NCBI GenBank assembly: GCA_963835515.1
Contig: CAWIFX010000005.1
Location: 5,321-69,320, forward strand
DNA from: an uncultured Acidimicrobiia bacterium
GTDB lineage: Bacteria > Actinomycetota > Acidimicrobiia > Spongiisociales > JAENVV01
DNA length: 64,000 bases
Direction of reading: 5' to 3'
This document shows positions 31,096 through 40,534 of the stretch, in pieces. Under the pieces are notes generated by a model that saw nothing but the letters and a program-made list of their open reading frames with translations, did no database searches and had not been told where the DNA came from. The position numbers and the translations under genes were made by a program. Each line of letters starts with the position of its first letter. Position 1 is the stretch's first letter.

Positions 31096-31497
31096 GTGCC
31101 CGATATCGATTCCAACCCGGTTACGGCTGTTCCGCCGGCTAGTAGCGAGGATGCCCTCGCCCATTTTTCGTCCCTATTGATGTTTGAGACTGATTGTTGG
31201 GATGTGCATGAAGCCAGCACCAGTGAGGACAAGGGCTTCGTGCTGCTCGATGTGCGCAGTCCGGCATTGTTCGATTCCGGGCACATTCCAGGAGCGATCA
31301 ACCTCCCGCATGGGCGAATCTCTGAGCGGAATCTTGCCGAGTATCAACCCGGCACGCTCTTCGTGGTCTATTGCGCCGGACCGCACTGCAACGGCGCGGA
31401 CCGGGCAGCGATTCGTCTCGCCCGGCTCGGTCGGCCGGTCAAGAAGATGGTCGGTGGAGTCGAAGGCTGGAAGGATGAGGGATTCTCGTTGGCGTAG
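31096..31497 (+). CDS. Rhodanese-like domain protein
   Basis: LLDVRS, GHIPGAINLP, YCAGPHCNG, GGVEGW. Confidence 0.92.
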   Translation: MPDIDSNPVTAVPPASSEDALAHFSSLLMFETDCWDVHEASTSEDKGFVLLDVRSPALFDSGHIPGAINLPHGRISERNLAEYQPGTLFVVYCAGPHCNGADRAAIRLARLGRPVKKMVGGVEGWKDEGFSLA

Positions 31498-31525
31498 TGA
31501 TTGAGACGCCATGGCCTAACCTTTC

Positions 31526-32304
31526 TTGCCTGTGGTTGGTCGTCGACGATTCTTGAAAATTGTGTTGGGGCTGGGAGCGTCCGGCGTGGGTTTGGAATGG
31601 CTTCGCCGTGAGCAGGTGACCGCCCCCGTCACGCTCGGGCAGGCCAGCTTTGAGGTAGCGGAAGCGAATAGCCCCACGACGACGGGCCCGATGCTGCTCT
31701 CGGAGCCAATCACGCCGAGCCAGCTTGCGGTGATCCCGAAGACCGCTTGGGGAGCCGGCCCGGTGGTGGGCACGTTCGTGGAACACCAGATCACCCGCAT
31801 GACGGTTCATCACAGCGGTTCGCTTCTTCAGGACAATCAGAATGCGCCTCAGCGCATGCGCGACCACCAGGCTTACCACCAGACCGATCAAGGTTGGCCA
31901 GACCTTGCGTATCACTACGTCGTTGATCGCAATGGGCACGTCTATGAAGGTCGTCCGGTTTGGGCGGTCGGCGACACCAATACCGACTACGACCCGACCG
32001 GTCATTTTCTGATCTGTTGTGAGGGTGAGTTCAACAATCAGACCCCTACACCAGACCAACTTGAAGCTGCCGCCGGACTGGCGGCCTGGGCCTCGGCCAC
32101 GTTCGGAGTCGGCCTGGACACGGTGATTGGCCACCGGGACGTCGCCAGCACGTCATGTCCCGGGGATACGCTTTACGCCGAGCTGAATCAGGTCGTCGCC
32201 CGGGCGCATCGCCTATTCGATGGCCCGGGCGTCGACCTTTCTGATTCTGGACGACCAATCCGCAGCTCGGCCTGGTGGCCGATATTGAAAGTGGCCGGGT
32301 CTAG
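31526..32304 (+). CDS. Tat-exported N-acetylmuramoyl-L-alanine amidase (PGRP/Amidase_2); true end masked by apparent frameshifts near 32240 and 32268
   Basis: GRRRFLK Tat motif; TVHHS, WPDLAYHY, YEGRP, GHRD, TSCPG; corrected tail DLLILDDQSAAGLVADIESGRV*. Confidence 0.8.
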
Positions 32305-32311
32305 AGCGAAC

Positions 32312-33232
32312 CTATCGGGGGGTAGCCGGGTCGGTCTCGCCGTATACGTCGGGGCTGTTCTCATAGGCGCTGGCTTCCAAGGCAAGGGCCTTTGCACGAA
32401 CCTCCGCCAGTCCCGCTTCGTCGAGCATGATGATCTCGATGAGCTCGAGCTCCTCCTGGGTGGCGTCGTTGTCACGGAACCCGACCTTGATGTTGCCGAT
32501 TCCTTCGGCGTAGTACTTCAGCTGCACGCCGAGGTCACGTTCATCGAGCGCCCATTCGGCGATGATGAGCGTGTTCGGATAGCAACCGGTCGCCACGCAT
32601 GTCTCGCCGCCGAGGGTGTCGATCTGGCCGCGGTCGGTCCATTCGACGGCTGGCCCCCATCCTTGGGCGTAGCTAGGCGTTCCCGTTTGTGGATCCGCCT
32701 TCATGATGTATCCGGCCTGGGCGCCTTCCAATCCCGCCAGCCATGCGGGGGCCAGCACCATTTCGCCTTCTTCGTACTCTTCGGGATACTCACCGAGATG
32801 CCACACGTTGCCGTCGTCGTCCTGGGCAAAAAAGGCCAACTCTGCTTCGACAAGCTCGCCGTCGCTGTAGTCCTCGTCCCAGCGGACGACCACGGGGACC
32901 CCGTCAATCGTCTTCGTCAGGTCGGTGACGGTGAAAACGATTCGGTGATGGACTTCTTCACCCTCATCCATCGTGTTGCCTTCGAAGACCAGCTGGGTGC
33001 CCGGGGTGAGCGGAAACCACGGATTGTCGACATTCAGCGGGTCGCTGAAGGTCGCCGTCCCGATGTCGGGTAGATCTTCCCCCTGGTCGGGGATCTCAAC
33101 ATTGTCGGTTCCGCTGGTCGTTGTTTCGGTCGATGTTCCAGAACCAGTGTCAGGAACCGGATCGGCCTCCCCGCCGCATCCAACCAACACCAGCACCATG
33201 CCCGCCATCAAGACGAAACGTACAAGCTTCAT
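32312..33232 (-). CDS. Acidic lipoprotein of unknown function
   Basis: Lipobox LVGC; VDNPWFPLTPG; FAQDDDGNVWHLGE; KYYAEGIG; AGGGAGG Shine-Dalgarno. Confidence 0.8.
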   Translation of the reverse strand: MKLVRFVLMAGMVLVLVGCGGEADPVPDTGSGTSTETTTSGTDNVEIPDQGEDLPDIGTATFSDPLNVDNPWFPLTPGTQLVFEGNTMDEGEEVHHRIVFTVTDLTKTIDGVPVVVRWDEDYSDGELVEAELAFFAQDDDGNVWHLGEYPEEYEEGEMVLAPAWLAGLEGAQAGYIMKADPQTGTPSYAQGWGPAVEWTDRGQIDTLGGETCVATGCYPNTLIIAEWALDERDLGVQLKYYAEGIGNIKVGFRDNDATQEELELIEIIMLDEAGLAEVRAKALALEASAYENSPDVYGETDPATPR

Positions 33233-33386
33233 CAGTCCCTCCCTCTTTCCTTGAACCTTATCTAACTCGACCACTCTCGGCGCGATGATTCGTAGAGATT
33301 TTTTGATCTATTCGAGTTTCTCAACTGTTCACCGAGTTCCGGGAAGGTAGGCGGAACTCCTGTGGTTGAATCGGGCGGAGGTAGCA

Positions 33387-33968
33387 ATGAGAAAACTATT
33401 GAAGCGCCCGTCCGTTCGCTGGGTGATAGGAATTGGGTTTGTTGCCGGGTTGGCGGCCGCCTGGTACTTGATCTCGCCATTGTTCATCACCAATGAGGTC
33501 GATGATGCGTTCCCTATGGCCGCCACGGCTCAAGTTCCCGATGATATGACTCGCGCTGATGTGGAAGCCGAGATGGTGAAAGCGGCGGATTCGCCGGTGG
33601 TCGAGGCCACAGATGCCATGCCAGCGGACACGCCGACGGTGCTCGCCTCCGGCACGTTTATGGACGCGGACAACTTCCACAAGGGAAGTGGCACCGCCAC
33701 CCTCTATTCGTTGGCCGACGGTGCGAACGTCGTGCGCCTCGAGGACTTTGAGGTCACCAATGGTCCGGACCTGCATGTACTGCTTTCAACCAGTGACGAT
33801 CCAGCCGCCGACCTGGGCGAATACGTAGATCTTGGCTCGCTCAAGGGAAACGTCGGCAATCAGAACTACGACATTCCAGCTGGTGTCGACGTCTCCCTCT
33901 ATCGGTCGGTGATCATCTACTGCGACCCGTTCCATGTGTTGTTTGCGAGTGCGAGTTTCTCCGGTTAG
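33387..33968 (+). CDS. DM13 domain protein
   Basis: N-terminal TM; HKGSG, NGPDLHVLL, LKGNVGNQNY, SVIIYC. Confidence 0.9.
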   Translation: MRKLLKRPSVRWVIGIGFVAGLAAAWYLISPLFITNEVDDAFPMAATAQVPDDMTRADVEAEMVKAADSPVVEATDAMPADTPTVLASGTFMDADNFHKGSGTATLYSLADGANVVRLEDFEVTNGPDLHVLLSTSDDPAADLGEYVDLGSLKGNVGNQNYDIPAGVDVSLYRSVIIYCDPFHVLFASASFSG

Positions 33969-34408
33969 CTCTCTCGTGCTGATTTGGCGACGGCAATGAA
34001 AGACTCCATCGGCATCGTGGCGATCGCGTCGCCGACGACTTCCAGCGGCAATTCGTCGAGTCGCCGAAACCGGACGCAGCTCTTGCCGCAGTCGTAACGT
34101 TTCCCGGTGGCTGCGTACGCTTCCTCAAAATTGGCGCGGTGAGAATCCGACCCGTAGATAGCTGAAAGATAGACGGCCATGTGGTTTTTCTGATTGGCCA
34201 AGGCGGCGTACATGAGCGGCTGCTTGTTATAGGTATCCGGATAGATCTCAAGCGGGACGACGTAGGTGATCATCCCGTAGCCCATGGTTTCTTCGTAGCC
34301 GTCTGGCAGCCGCCTGAGGATCTCGTTTCGTACCGTCTTGATGGCCTCACGCCTGTCGGATGGCAATTCGGCGATATAGGCGGACACTGTTGTTGCTTCC
34401 GACTTCAT
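33965..34408 (-). CDS. DUF1801 family protein
   Basis: TVSAYIAELP, YGMITYVVP, LANQKNHMAVY, GKSCVRF. Confidence 0.9.
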   Translation of the reverse strand: MKSEATTVSAYIAELPSDRREAIKTVRNEILRRLPDGYEETMGYGMITYVVPLEIYPDTYNKQPLMYAALANQKNHMAVYLSAIYGSDSHRANFEEAYAATGKRYDCGKSCVRFRRLDELPLEVVGDAIATMPMESFIAVAKSARES

Positions 34409-34417
34409 AAGTCGACA

Positions 34418-35581
34418 CTACGCCGGCCGAGGTAGCCCCCGCAACCGTACGACGCCAACCAGAGCTGCCGCAATCAGGAGACTCGCGCCGGTCACTGTCC
34501 ACGCCGCCTGGTAGGAGCGGTTTTCGATGAGCCATCCGAAGAGGGCCGGTCCGGCGCCCGCCCCGACGAAGACGCCCGCCTGGGTGATGGCAGTCGACCC
34601 GGCCGGGCGACCGGCATTGGCTCGTACCACTCCGTACGTCAGCAGTCCTGGCCATGCCCACCCGGTCGCGAAGGCCGCCAGGGTGACGACCGCGAACCAG
34701 GCGGACCGGGTGGTTCCGAGAACGAAGAAGCAGATCGCTCCCAGGACGGCAAGCCAGATCATGAATCCGAGTCCGCTGGCGCCTGAACGGTCGGCAAGGT
34801 AGCCATAGGTTGCCCTGGCGACGATGGTTGTCAATGAGGCCGCCGCCAAGAGAGTCCCGGCGTCCGCTTCGGAGAAGCCATAGGTAATCGCCGCGTCAAC
34901 GTGGAACGTTCCGAGAATGCCAGCTGCCAGCGTGGCGAAGCCGCTCCCGAGGCCGAGGACCGCCAACCACCTAGAGGTCATCTCTCCGGGCCGTGCAGAG
35001 CCAACGGATTCGAACAGACGGCCAGCGTCGGCCGGGATGAGCCGGAAGACTCCGACTGCAATCAGCGCTCCGAGCGCGTAAGCCCAGCGCCATCCGACGG
35101 TAAGAACTACTGCCGGAACGGCGATCCCGGCGAGCAAGCTGGCCGTCGGTATGCCAGCATGCTTCATCCCGAACACCAGCCCTCTTCGGTCCTCGGGAAT
35201 GTGTCGGGCAAGCGCCAGATTGGCGGCCGGATTGGCGGCGCCATAAATGGCTGCACTTGCAGCGAGTACCAGTCCCAGCGACCAGATGTTGCGCACCGCG
35301 GTGGCGATGATAATGAGCATGAAAGCGGCGGCGATGGCATTGAAGCGCATCGTCCGGCGCCATCCGATCCGTTCGACGAGACTGCCAACGCGCGAAGAGG
35401 AAACGGCCGCCGTGAGGAAATAGATCGAGGTGAGAAGCCCAAGTTCTTGAGCGCCGTAGCCGAGGTCGGGTCCGGCCTGGGCGATGGCCGCGGCCGTGAT
35501 AAAGGCCGGCAGCGTCGACACCGTCACCACCAGAACTGCGCTGGCGATAAGGCGCCAATCGAGGTCGGATACAGCAGTCAC
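34418..35581 (-). CDS. MFS transporter (start uncertain)
   Basis: About 12 TM; GSLVERIGWRR; RRGLVFGMKH; GYLADRSG. Confidence 0.85.
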   Translation of the reverse strand: MTAVSDLDWRLIASAVLVVTVSTLPAFITAAAIAQAGPDLGYGAQELGLLTSIYFLTAAVSSSRVGSLVERIGWRRTMRFNAIAAAFMLIIIATAVRNIWSLGLVLAASAAIYGAANPAANLALARHIPEDRRGLVFGMKHAGIPTASLLAGIAVPAVVLTVGWRWAYALGALIAVGVFRLIPADAGRLFESVGSARPGEMTSRWLAVLGLGSGFATLAAGILGTFHVDAAITYGFSEADAGTLLAAASLTTIVARATYGYLADRSGASGLGFMIWLAVLGAICFFVLGTTRSAWFAVVTLAAFATGWAWPGLLTYGVVRANAGRPAGSTAITQAGVFVGAGAGPALFGWLIENRSYQAAWTVTGASLLIAAALVGVVRLRGLPRPA

Positions 35582-35681
35582 TTCGATAGTCTCGCCGGTA
35601 GGGGGCTGGATGCCGAATTTGTTCCGTTGCGGCTGTCTGGAGGTCCCCCAGATCAGTCTTGACCGCCGGTAGCCTGCCGAC

Positions 35682-36695
35682 GTGTCCCTTTTCCGGGCCT
35701 TGACGGCCCTACTTGTTTGTGTGCTCATCGCGGCGTCATTACCGGCCGTTCTGGTGGCGAACGCCGAAACAGAACTTGAAAAAGCGGAACGCCTGGCGGC
35801 TGAGACCCAACGAAGCAGGAATGTTGCCGAGTCGGCCTACGTCACTGATCGGGCAACCGCCTCCGACCTCGAGATACGCCTCAGCATCACCCTGGAGACG
35901 TACCAGCGAGTGAACGCTGAGCTGGAGATGCTGGGTTTGCAGCTCGCCGGGGAGCGAGCTGACATGGATGTGATCCGCGCCGAAGTTATTGCGCTGGACA
36001 ACGAAGCTCAAGAGAGGGCAGTCGGTGCCTACATTCGGAGTCTGGCGGCACCAGGCAGCTCGATGTTTCTCAGTGGGACGTTTGAGTCATTATCCGTCGC
36101 CAACGAGACGATCAAACGAGCCTCCGAACTCGATGAGAATCTGTTCGAGCAACTGGACAGTCGGCGGGCGGATCTGGCTGAGCATACGATCGAGCTGCAA
36201 TCGGGATTGGATGAGTTGGCGCTCCTGAATGATGAGCTAGCTGCAGCTCGCATCGAACTCGACGAACTATTCACCCTGGCCGACGCCCGGGTAGCTGAGG
36301 CCTTCCGAAATCTAGAAGCTGCCGACGAGGAATACCGGGCGGCTCAGGCGGACCTCAAGGAGGCACAAGCCAAGTACCGGTGGACGGGATCGGTCGAACA
36401 GTGGCGTTGGTTGGTCGAGAAGTATTTTCCGGCTGATCGGGTTGATGAGGCGCTGCGGGTGATGGCTTGTGAATCGCGCGGCAACCCCAATGCCAAGAAC
36501 CCCAGCTCAAGTGCCACCGGTCTGTTTCAATTCCTTGACGGCACCTGGGCATGGATGAGCGTCATGTCTGGCTGGGGTGGCTATTCCCGTCTCGATCCTG
36601 AAGCGAATACCGCGGTGGCGGCGTATCTCATGAACTTCTCTATCCGAAGCGGTCACCCGGGCGGAGCCTGGGGTCACTGGGAGTGCAAACCCTAA
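35682..36695 (+). CDS. Secreted coiled-coil protein with C-terminal SLT transglycosylase domain
   Basis: Signal peptide; long heptad region; VMACESRGNPNA, ATGLFQF, DPEAN, WGHWEC. Confidence 0.85.
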   Translation: MSLFRALTALLVCVLIAASLPAVLVANAETELEKAERLAAETQRSRNVAESAYVTDRATASDLEIRLSITLETYQRVNAELEMLGLQLAGERADMDVIRAEVIALDNEAQERAVGAYIRSLAAPGSSMFLSGTFESLSVANETIKRASELDENLFEQLDSRRADLAEHTIELQSGLDELALLNDELAAARIELDELFTLADARVAEAFRNLEAADEEYRAAQADLKEAQAKYRWTGSVEQWRWLVEKYFPADRVDEALRVMACESRGNPNAKNPSSSATGLFQFLDGTWAWMSVMSGWGGYSRLDPEANTAVAAYLMNFSIRSGHPGGAWGHWECKP

Positions 36696-36711
36696 GTAGG
36701 GCTCGCCGTGA

Positions 36712-37179
36712 CTACTCGGCTGCAAGATGGGCGGGAAAACCGCCCCGTGAAATCGGCCCCCACGATTCGATCGTAACGCGGATGAGGACTTTGTCCTGAT
36801 CGATCATCGCTTGTCGATACTCGTCCCAGTCGGGGTGCTCGCCAGATATGACCCGGAAGTAGTCAACGAGCGGTTCGACGGCTTGGGGCCCACCAAGAAC
36901 TTCGGCGCTCCCGTAGATCTGAGCCCACTCTCCGCCAAAGTCGTCAGACAGAACACACACCGATACCTGCGGATCTCGGCGCGCGTTGATCGCCTTGGCT
37001 CGGTGGGGATAGGAGGCAATAACGATTCGGCCGTCGACGTCGAGGCCCATGGTCACGGGCGACATCTGGGTTCGGCCATCTAGGCGAGCCGTAGACAGGA
37101 CTCCGTGATGGCGCGGTCTGATGAAATCCTCGAGGATGGCTCTTGATACCGACCGGTTGGTTGCCGCTTGTCTAGCCAT
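36712..37179 (-). CDS. PPOX-class F420-dependent oxidoreductase
   Basis: RLDGRTQMSPV, AKAINARRDP, GEHPDWDEYRQAM. Confidence 0.9.
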   Translation of the reverse strand: MARQAATNRSVSRAILEDFIRPRHHGVLSTARLDGRTQMSPVTMGLDVDGRIVIASYPHRAKAINARRDPQVSVCVLSDDFGGEWAQIYGSAEVLGGPQAVEPLVDYFRVISGEHPDWDEYRQAMIDQDKVLIRVTIESWGPISRGGFPAHLAAE

Positions 37180-37561
37180 CAGCTGCCCCGAGAGCCGCAA
37201 GTCGGACGCCCATCTCATGTCGCAAAGCATCGACGGCGTTGGGCGGGCGAATGACTACTTCCAGATCGGTGATCTTGCCGTCCTGGAGCGTCATCAGGTC
37301 GACACCTTTGAGCGCCAGGTCACCAATACGAGCCGTGAACTCGAGAGCCCAGTCGTTCTCGTCGATCCATTGGCGGTGATACTCGAAGTCTTCGAAAATC
37401 TCCATCACGCTAGCAAGGATCAGCATGGTCACGGGTTTGCCGTTTCGGGTCTTCCAATAGGTAGGCGGCCTGAACGTGACGTCGTCGGCAAGCAGCTCGT
37501 CAAGATGGGCGATGTCGCGATCGGTTACGAACTGGTGCCAGCTGGCGAGGGGATCGGTCAT
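37172..37561 (-). CDS. SnoaL/NTF2-like protein
   Basis: LLADDVTF, FEDFEYHR, LEFTARI, KGVD, VIRP. Confidence 0.85.
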   Translation of the reverse strand: MTDPLASWHQFVTDRDIAHLDELLADDVTFRPPTYWKTRNGKPVTMLILASVMEIFEDFEYHRQWIDENDWALEFTARIGDLALKGVDLMTLQDGKITDLEVVIRPPNAVDALRHEMGVRLAALGAADG

Positions 37562-37565
37562 TCGG

Positions 37566-38315
37566 TCAGCTTATAGCCTGGTCGGTAGCTGCAGCATTGA
37601 GGCGCCACATATAAAGGCCGATGCCGACCGACGCCGCCAGATTGATACTGGAAACGCCCGGTCGCATGGGAAACGCGATCAGACGATCTGCGGCAGCCCT
37701 GGTGTTTTCAGACAAACCAGTTCGCTCGCTCCCGAATGCCAGGATGGCATCATCGGGAGGAACGAAACCGCTCGCATCGTCGCCGTCCGGATCAAAAGCA
37801 ATAATCGGACGATCGATAGTCGGCAAGGTTGTGGCTTGAATCGTTGGCAGGGCGAAGTGCAGTCCCGCCGATCCCCGGATGGCCGCCGGATGCCACGGGT
37901 CGACGTCGCCGATCGTGACGATGCCGGACGCCCCACCGGCTGCGCAGATCCGAACCGTGGCCCCGATGTTTCCGAGGTGTCTTGGATCGTCGAGCAGGAC
38001 GATCGGGGCGTTTCGGGCGATTCCGGCGGGCTCAATCGGGTTCGGCCGGCGAGCGACTGCCGCCAGACCTGTCGGGTGCGGGTGGCGAAAGAGCGACGAA
38101 AACGCCTCACCGGTCACTGGTTCGGCGGTCTCAATTACATTGAGCATGTCCGGTGCGACGCTCGCTGCCAGGTCTCGGAGTGATCGATCGGGGCCATGGA
38201 TAACGGCGAGAATCTCAGCTCCGAACCGGTGGGCGTGTTTGACGGCGTGAAAGCCCTCCAGAACGACGAGCGACGCGTCCGAAGTGGCTCGTTCAAACCA
38301 TTCGATCATGACCAT
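37566..38315 (-). CDS. TrmH/SpoU family RNA methyltransferase
   Basis: DPRHLGNIGATVR, FGSERTGLS, PMRPGVSSINLA. Confidence 0.9.
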   Translation of the reverse strand: MVMIEWFERATSDASLVVLEGFHAVKHAHRFGAEILAVIHGPDRSLRDLAASVAPDMLNVIETAEPVTGEAFSSLFRHPHPTGLAAVARRPNPIEPAGIARNAPIVLLDDPRHLGNIGATVRICAAGGASGIVTIGDVDPWHPAAIRGSAGLHFALPTIQATTLPTIDRPIIAFDPDGDDASGFVPPDDAILAFGSERTGLSENTRAAADRLIAFPMRPGVSSINLAASVGIGLYMWRLNAAATDQAIS

Positions 38316-38319
38316 TCGA

Positions 38320-38571
38320 TCATGTAGCGAGGCGGACCGATGTGAGATGTGCTTCCCGGACCCACACGGGGCGTGGACGGCGCTCGTCGACAACCAGGTA
38401 GAGGGTTCCAACCGGGTCGTGATCAGGGTCATCGGAGGCGCCTGGTTGGACCCACCATCCCAATGAGATCACATGGCCGGCGATCGGTCCATATCCGTCA
38501 CCCGGATCGGCGCTGGTGGTCACGAGTAGGTGTTGGGTGAGCGCTACGGCGAAGTCGGCATGATGTTCCAT
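38320..38571 (-). CDS. Small hypothetical protein (83 aa)
   Basis: Fills the gap between the prpE stop (38574) and the TrmH start almost exactly. Confidence 0.55.
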   Translation of the reverse strand: MEHHADFAVALTQHLLVTTSADPGDGYGPIAGHVISLGWWVQPGASDDPDHDPVGTLYLVVDERRPRPVWVREAHLTSVRLAT

Positions 38572-38573
38572 TG

Positions 38574-40466
38574 TTACCCCCGAGGGTATCCGATCGTGCC
38601 GAGCGCTTGGCCGATCTCGTCAAGGATGATTGGATCATCGATCGTGGCCGGGACCGACCACTCGTCGGCATCGGCCATTTTGCGCATGGTTGATCGAAGG
38701 ATCTTTCCTGATCGCGTCTTTGGCAACCGCGCCACAACTGTCGCTTGTTTGAACGAAGCGACCGGGCCAATGCGGGCACGCACCGAGGCGATGAGTTCGG
38801 CGACGATTTCGGAGTGATTCCGAACGACTCCGGTCTTGAGCACCACAAATCCAACCGGTACCTGGCCTTTGAGGTCATCGGCCACTCCGACAACCGCGCA
38901 CTCGGCGACGTCAGGATGATCCGAGAGGATTTCTTCCATCGCGCCGGTGGAAAGGCGGTGTCCAGCCACGTTGATGATGTCGTCGATTCGGCTCATGATC
39001 GACAGATAGCCGTCGGCGTCTTTGAATCCGGCGTCTCCGGTCAGGTAGTAGCCAGGGTATCGGGAGAGGTATGAGGACTCGTATCCAGCCTCGTTGTTCC
39101 ACAGGGTGGGGAGGGTCCCCGGGGGCATCGGCAGGCGGATGACGACTGACCCGATGTCGCCTGCCGGGACGATGGTGCCCTCATCGTCGACCACGTCGAC
39201 GCGATAGCCGGGGACCGGCACCCCTGCCGAGCCGGGCTTGACGGGCAGGAGTCCGAGTCCAAGCGGGTTTCCGGCGACCGGCCACCCCGTTTCGGTCTGC
39301 CACCAATGGTCGAGCACGGGAACGCCGAGCTTGTCGGCTGCCCAGTTCAGCGTGTCAGGATCGCAACGTTCGCCTGCGAGAAAGAGGGCGGCCAGGGAAG
39401 AGATGTCGTAGTCGTCGAGGTAGCTGCCGGTTGGGTCATCACGTTTGATGGCGCGAAAGGCGGTCGGGGCGGTGAACAGGACCTTGACCCGGTGATTGTC
39501 TATGACCCGCCAGAAGGTTCCTGGATCTGGAGTCCCGACAGGCTTTCCCTCGAACAACACCGTCGTGCATCCATGAAGGAGCGGGCCGTACACGATGTAG
39601 GAATGGCCCACAACCCACCCAACGTCCGAGGCGGCCCAGAACGTGTCGCCCGGATCGACTCCGTAGAAGTTCTGCATCGACCACTTGAGCGCTACGGCAT
39701 GTCCGCCGTTGTCGCGCACGACGCCTTTCGGTACTCCAGTGGTCCCCGATGTATAGAGGATGTAGAGCGGATCGGTCGCCATCACTGGCACGCATTCGGT
39801 CGGCTCGGCTCCCTCGATTGCCCCAGCCCAGGTGAGATCCCGTCCGTCAGTCATGTTTGCTTCGAGTTCGGGTCGCTGCAGGATGACGCATGCCGTCGGT
39901 TCGTGGGCCGCCAATTCCAAGGCGTCATCGAGAAGCGGCTTGTACGCGACGGTCCGACCCGGCTCGAGGCCGCATGAGGCAGCGACGATGACCGTCGGCC
40001 TGGCATCGTCGATGCGGGTGGCAAGCTCTTTGGAGGCAAAACCTCCAAAGACGACCGAATGGATGGCCCCGATCCGGGCGCAGGCCAGCATGGCAATGAC
40101 GGCCTCCGGGATCATGGGCATGTAGATGATTACCCGGTCACCTTTTTCGACGCCCAGCCTTCTCAGAGCTCCTGCGAACTGAGCAACCCGTTCCAGCAGT
40201 TTGGCGTATGTGATCGTCTGGACCTGACCCGTCATTGGGCTGTCGTAGATGAGGGCGGGTTGTTCTGCCCGTCCCCGGATGACATGGCGGTCGAGGGCGT
40301 TGTAGCAGGTGTTCATTACGCCGGCGTGAAACCAGCGATAGAAGGGGCGTCGGGTGTCGTCGAGCACCATCTCGTACGGGATGAACCAATCGATGTCTTC
40401 GGCGGCCCTAGCCCAGAACGCCGACGAGTCCCTTTGGGATGCTTCGTAGGTCCGTGCGTAAGACAT
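38574..40466 (-). CDS. prpE: Propionyl-CoA synthetase
   Basis: NTCYNALDRHV, YTSGTTGVPKGVVRDNGGH, DHWWQTETG, NVAGHRLSTG, LPKTRSGK. Confidence 0.92.
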   Translation of the reverse strand: MSYARTYEASQRDSSAFWARAAEDIDWFIPYEMVLDDTRRPFYRWFHAGVMNTCYNALDRHVIRGRAEQPALIYDSPMTGQVQTITYAKLLERVAQFAGALRRLGVEKGDRVIIYMPMIPEAVIAMLACARIGAIHSVVFGGFASKELATRIDDARPTVIVAASCGLEPGRTVAYKPLLDDALELAAHEPTACVILQRPELEANMTDGRDLTWAGAIEGAEPTECVPVMATDPLYILYTSGTTGVPKGVVRDNGGHAVALKWSMQNFYGVDPGDTFWAASDVGWVVGHSYIVYGPLLHGCTTVLFEGKPVGTPDPGTFWRVIDNHRVKVLFTAPTAFRAIKRDDPTGSYLDDYDISSLAALFLAGERCDPDTLNWAADKLGVPVLDHWWQTETGWPVAGNPLGLGLLPVKPGSAGVPVPGYRVDVVDDEGTIVPAGDIGSVVIRLPMPPGTLPTLWNNEAGYESSYLSRYPGYYLTGDAGFKDADGYLSIMSRIDDIINVAGHRLSTGAMEEILSDHPDVAECAVVGVADDLKGQVPVGFVVLKTGVVRNHSEIVAELIASVRARIGPVASFKQATVVARLPKTRSGKILRSTMRKMADADEWSVPATIDDPIILDEIGQALGTIGYPRG

Positions 40467-40534
40467 ACCGTTTCCTCCACGAACCACGGTACTGACTTGT
40501 TCGTCGTTCTGCCTGGAGACCGTGGGCTTAATCG

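Noticed and set aside
32305-33073. Long antisense overlap between the amidase ORF and the lipoprotein gene (possible dual coding)
   Set aside because: The extension reads as antisense shadow and disappears after correcting two indels.
37566-38315. Antibiotic-resistance rRNA methyltransferase (AviRb/Tsr type)
   Set aside because: Only generic SPOUT motifs are visible, so the target cannot be assigned.
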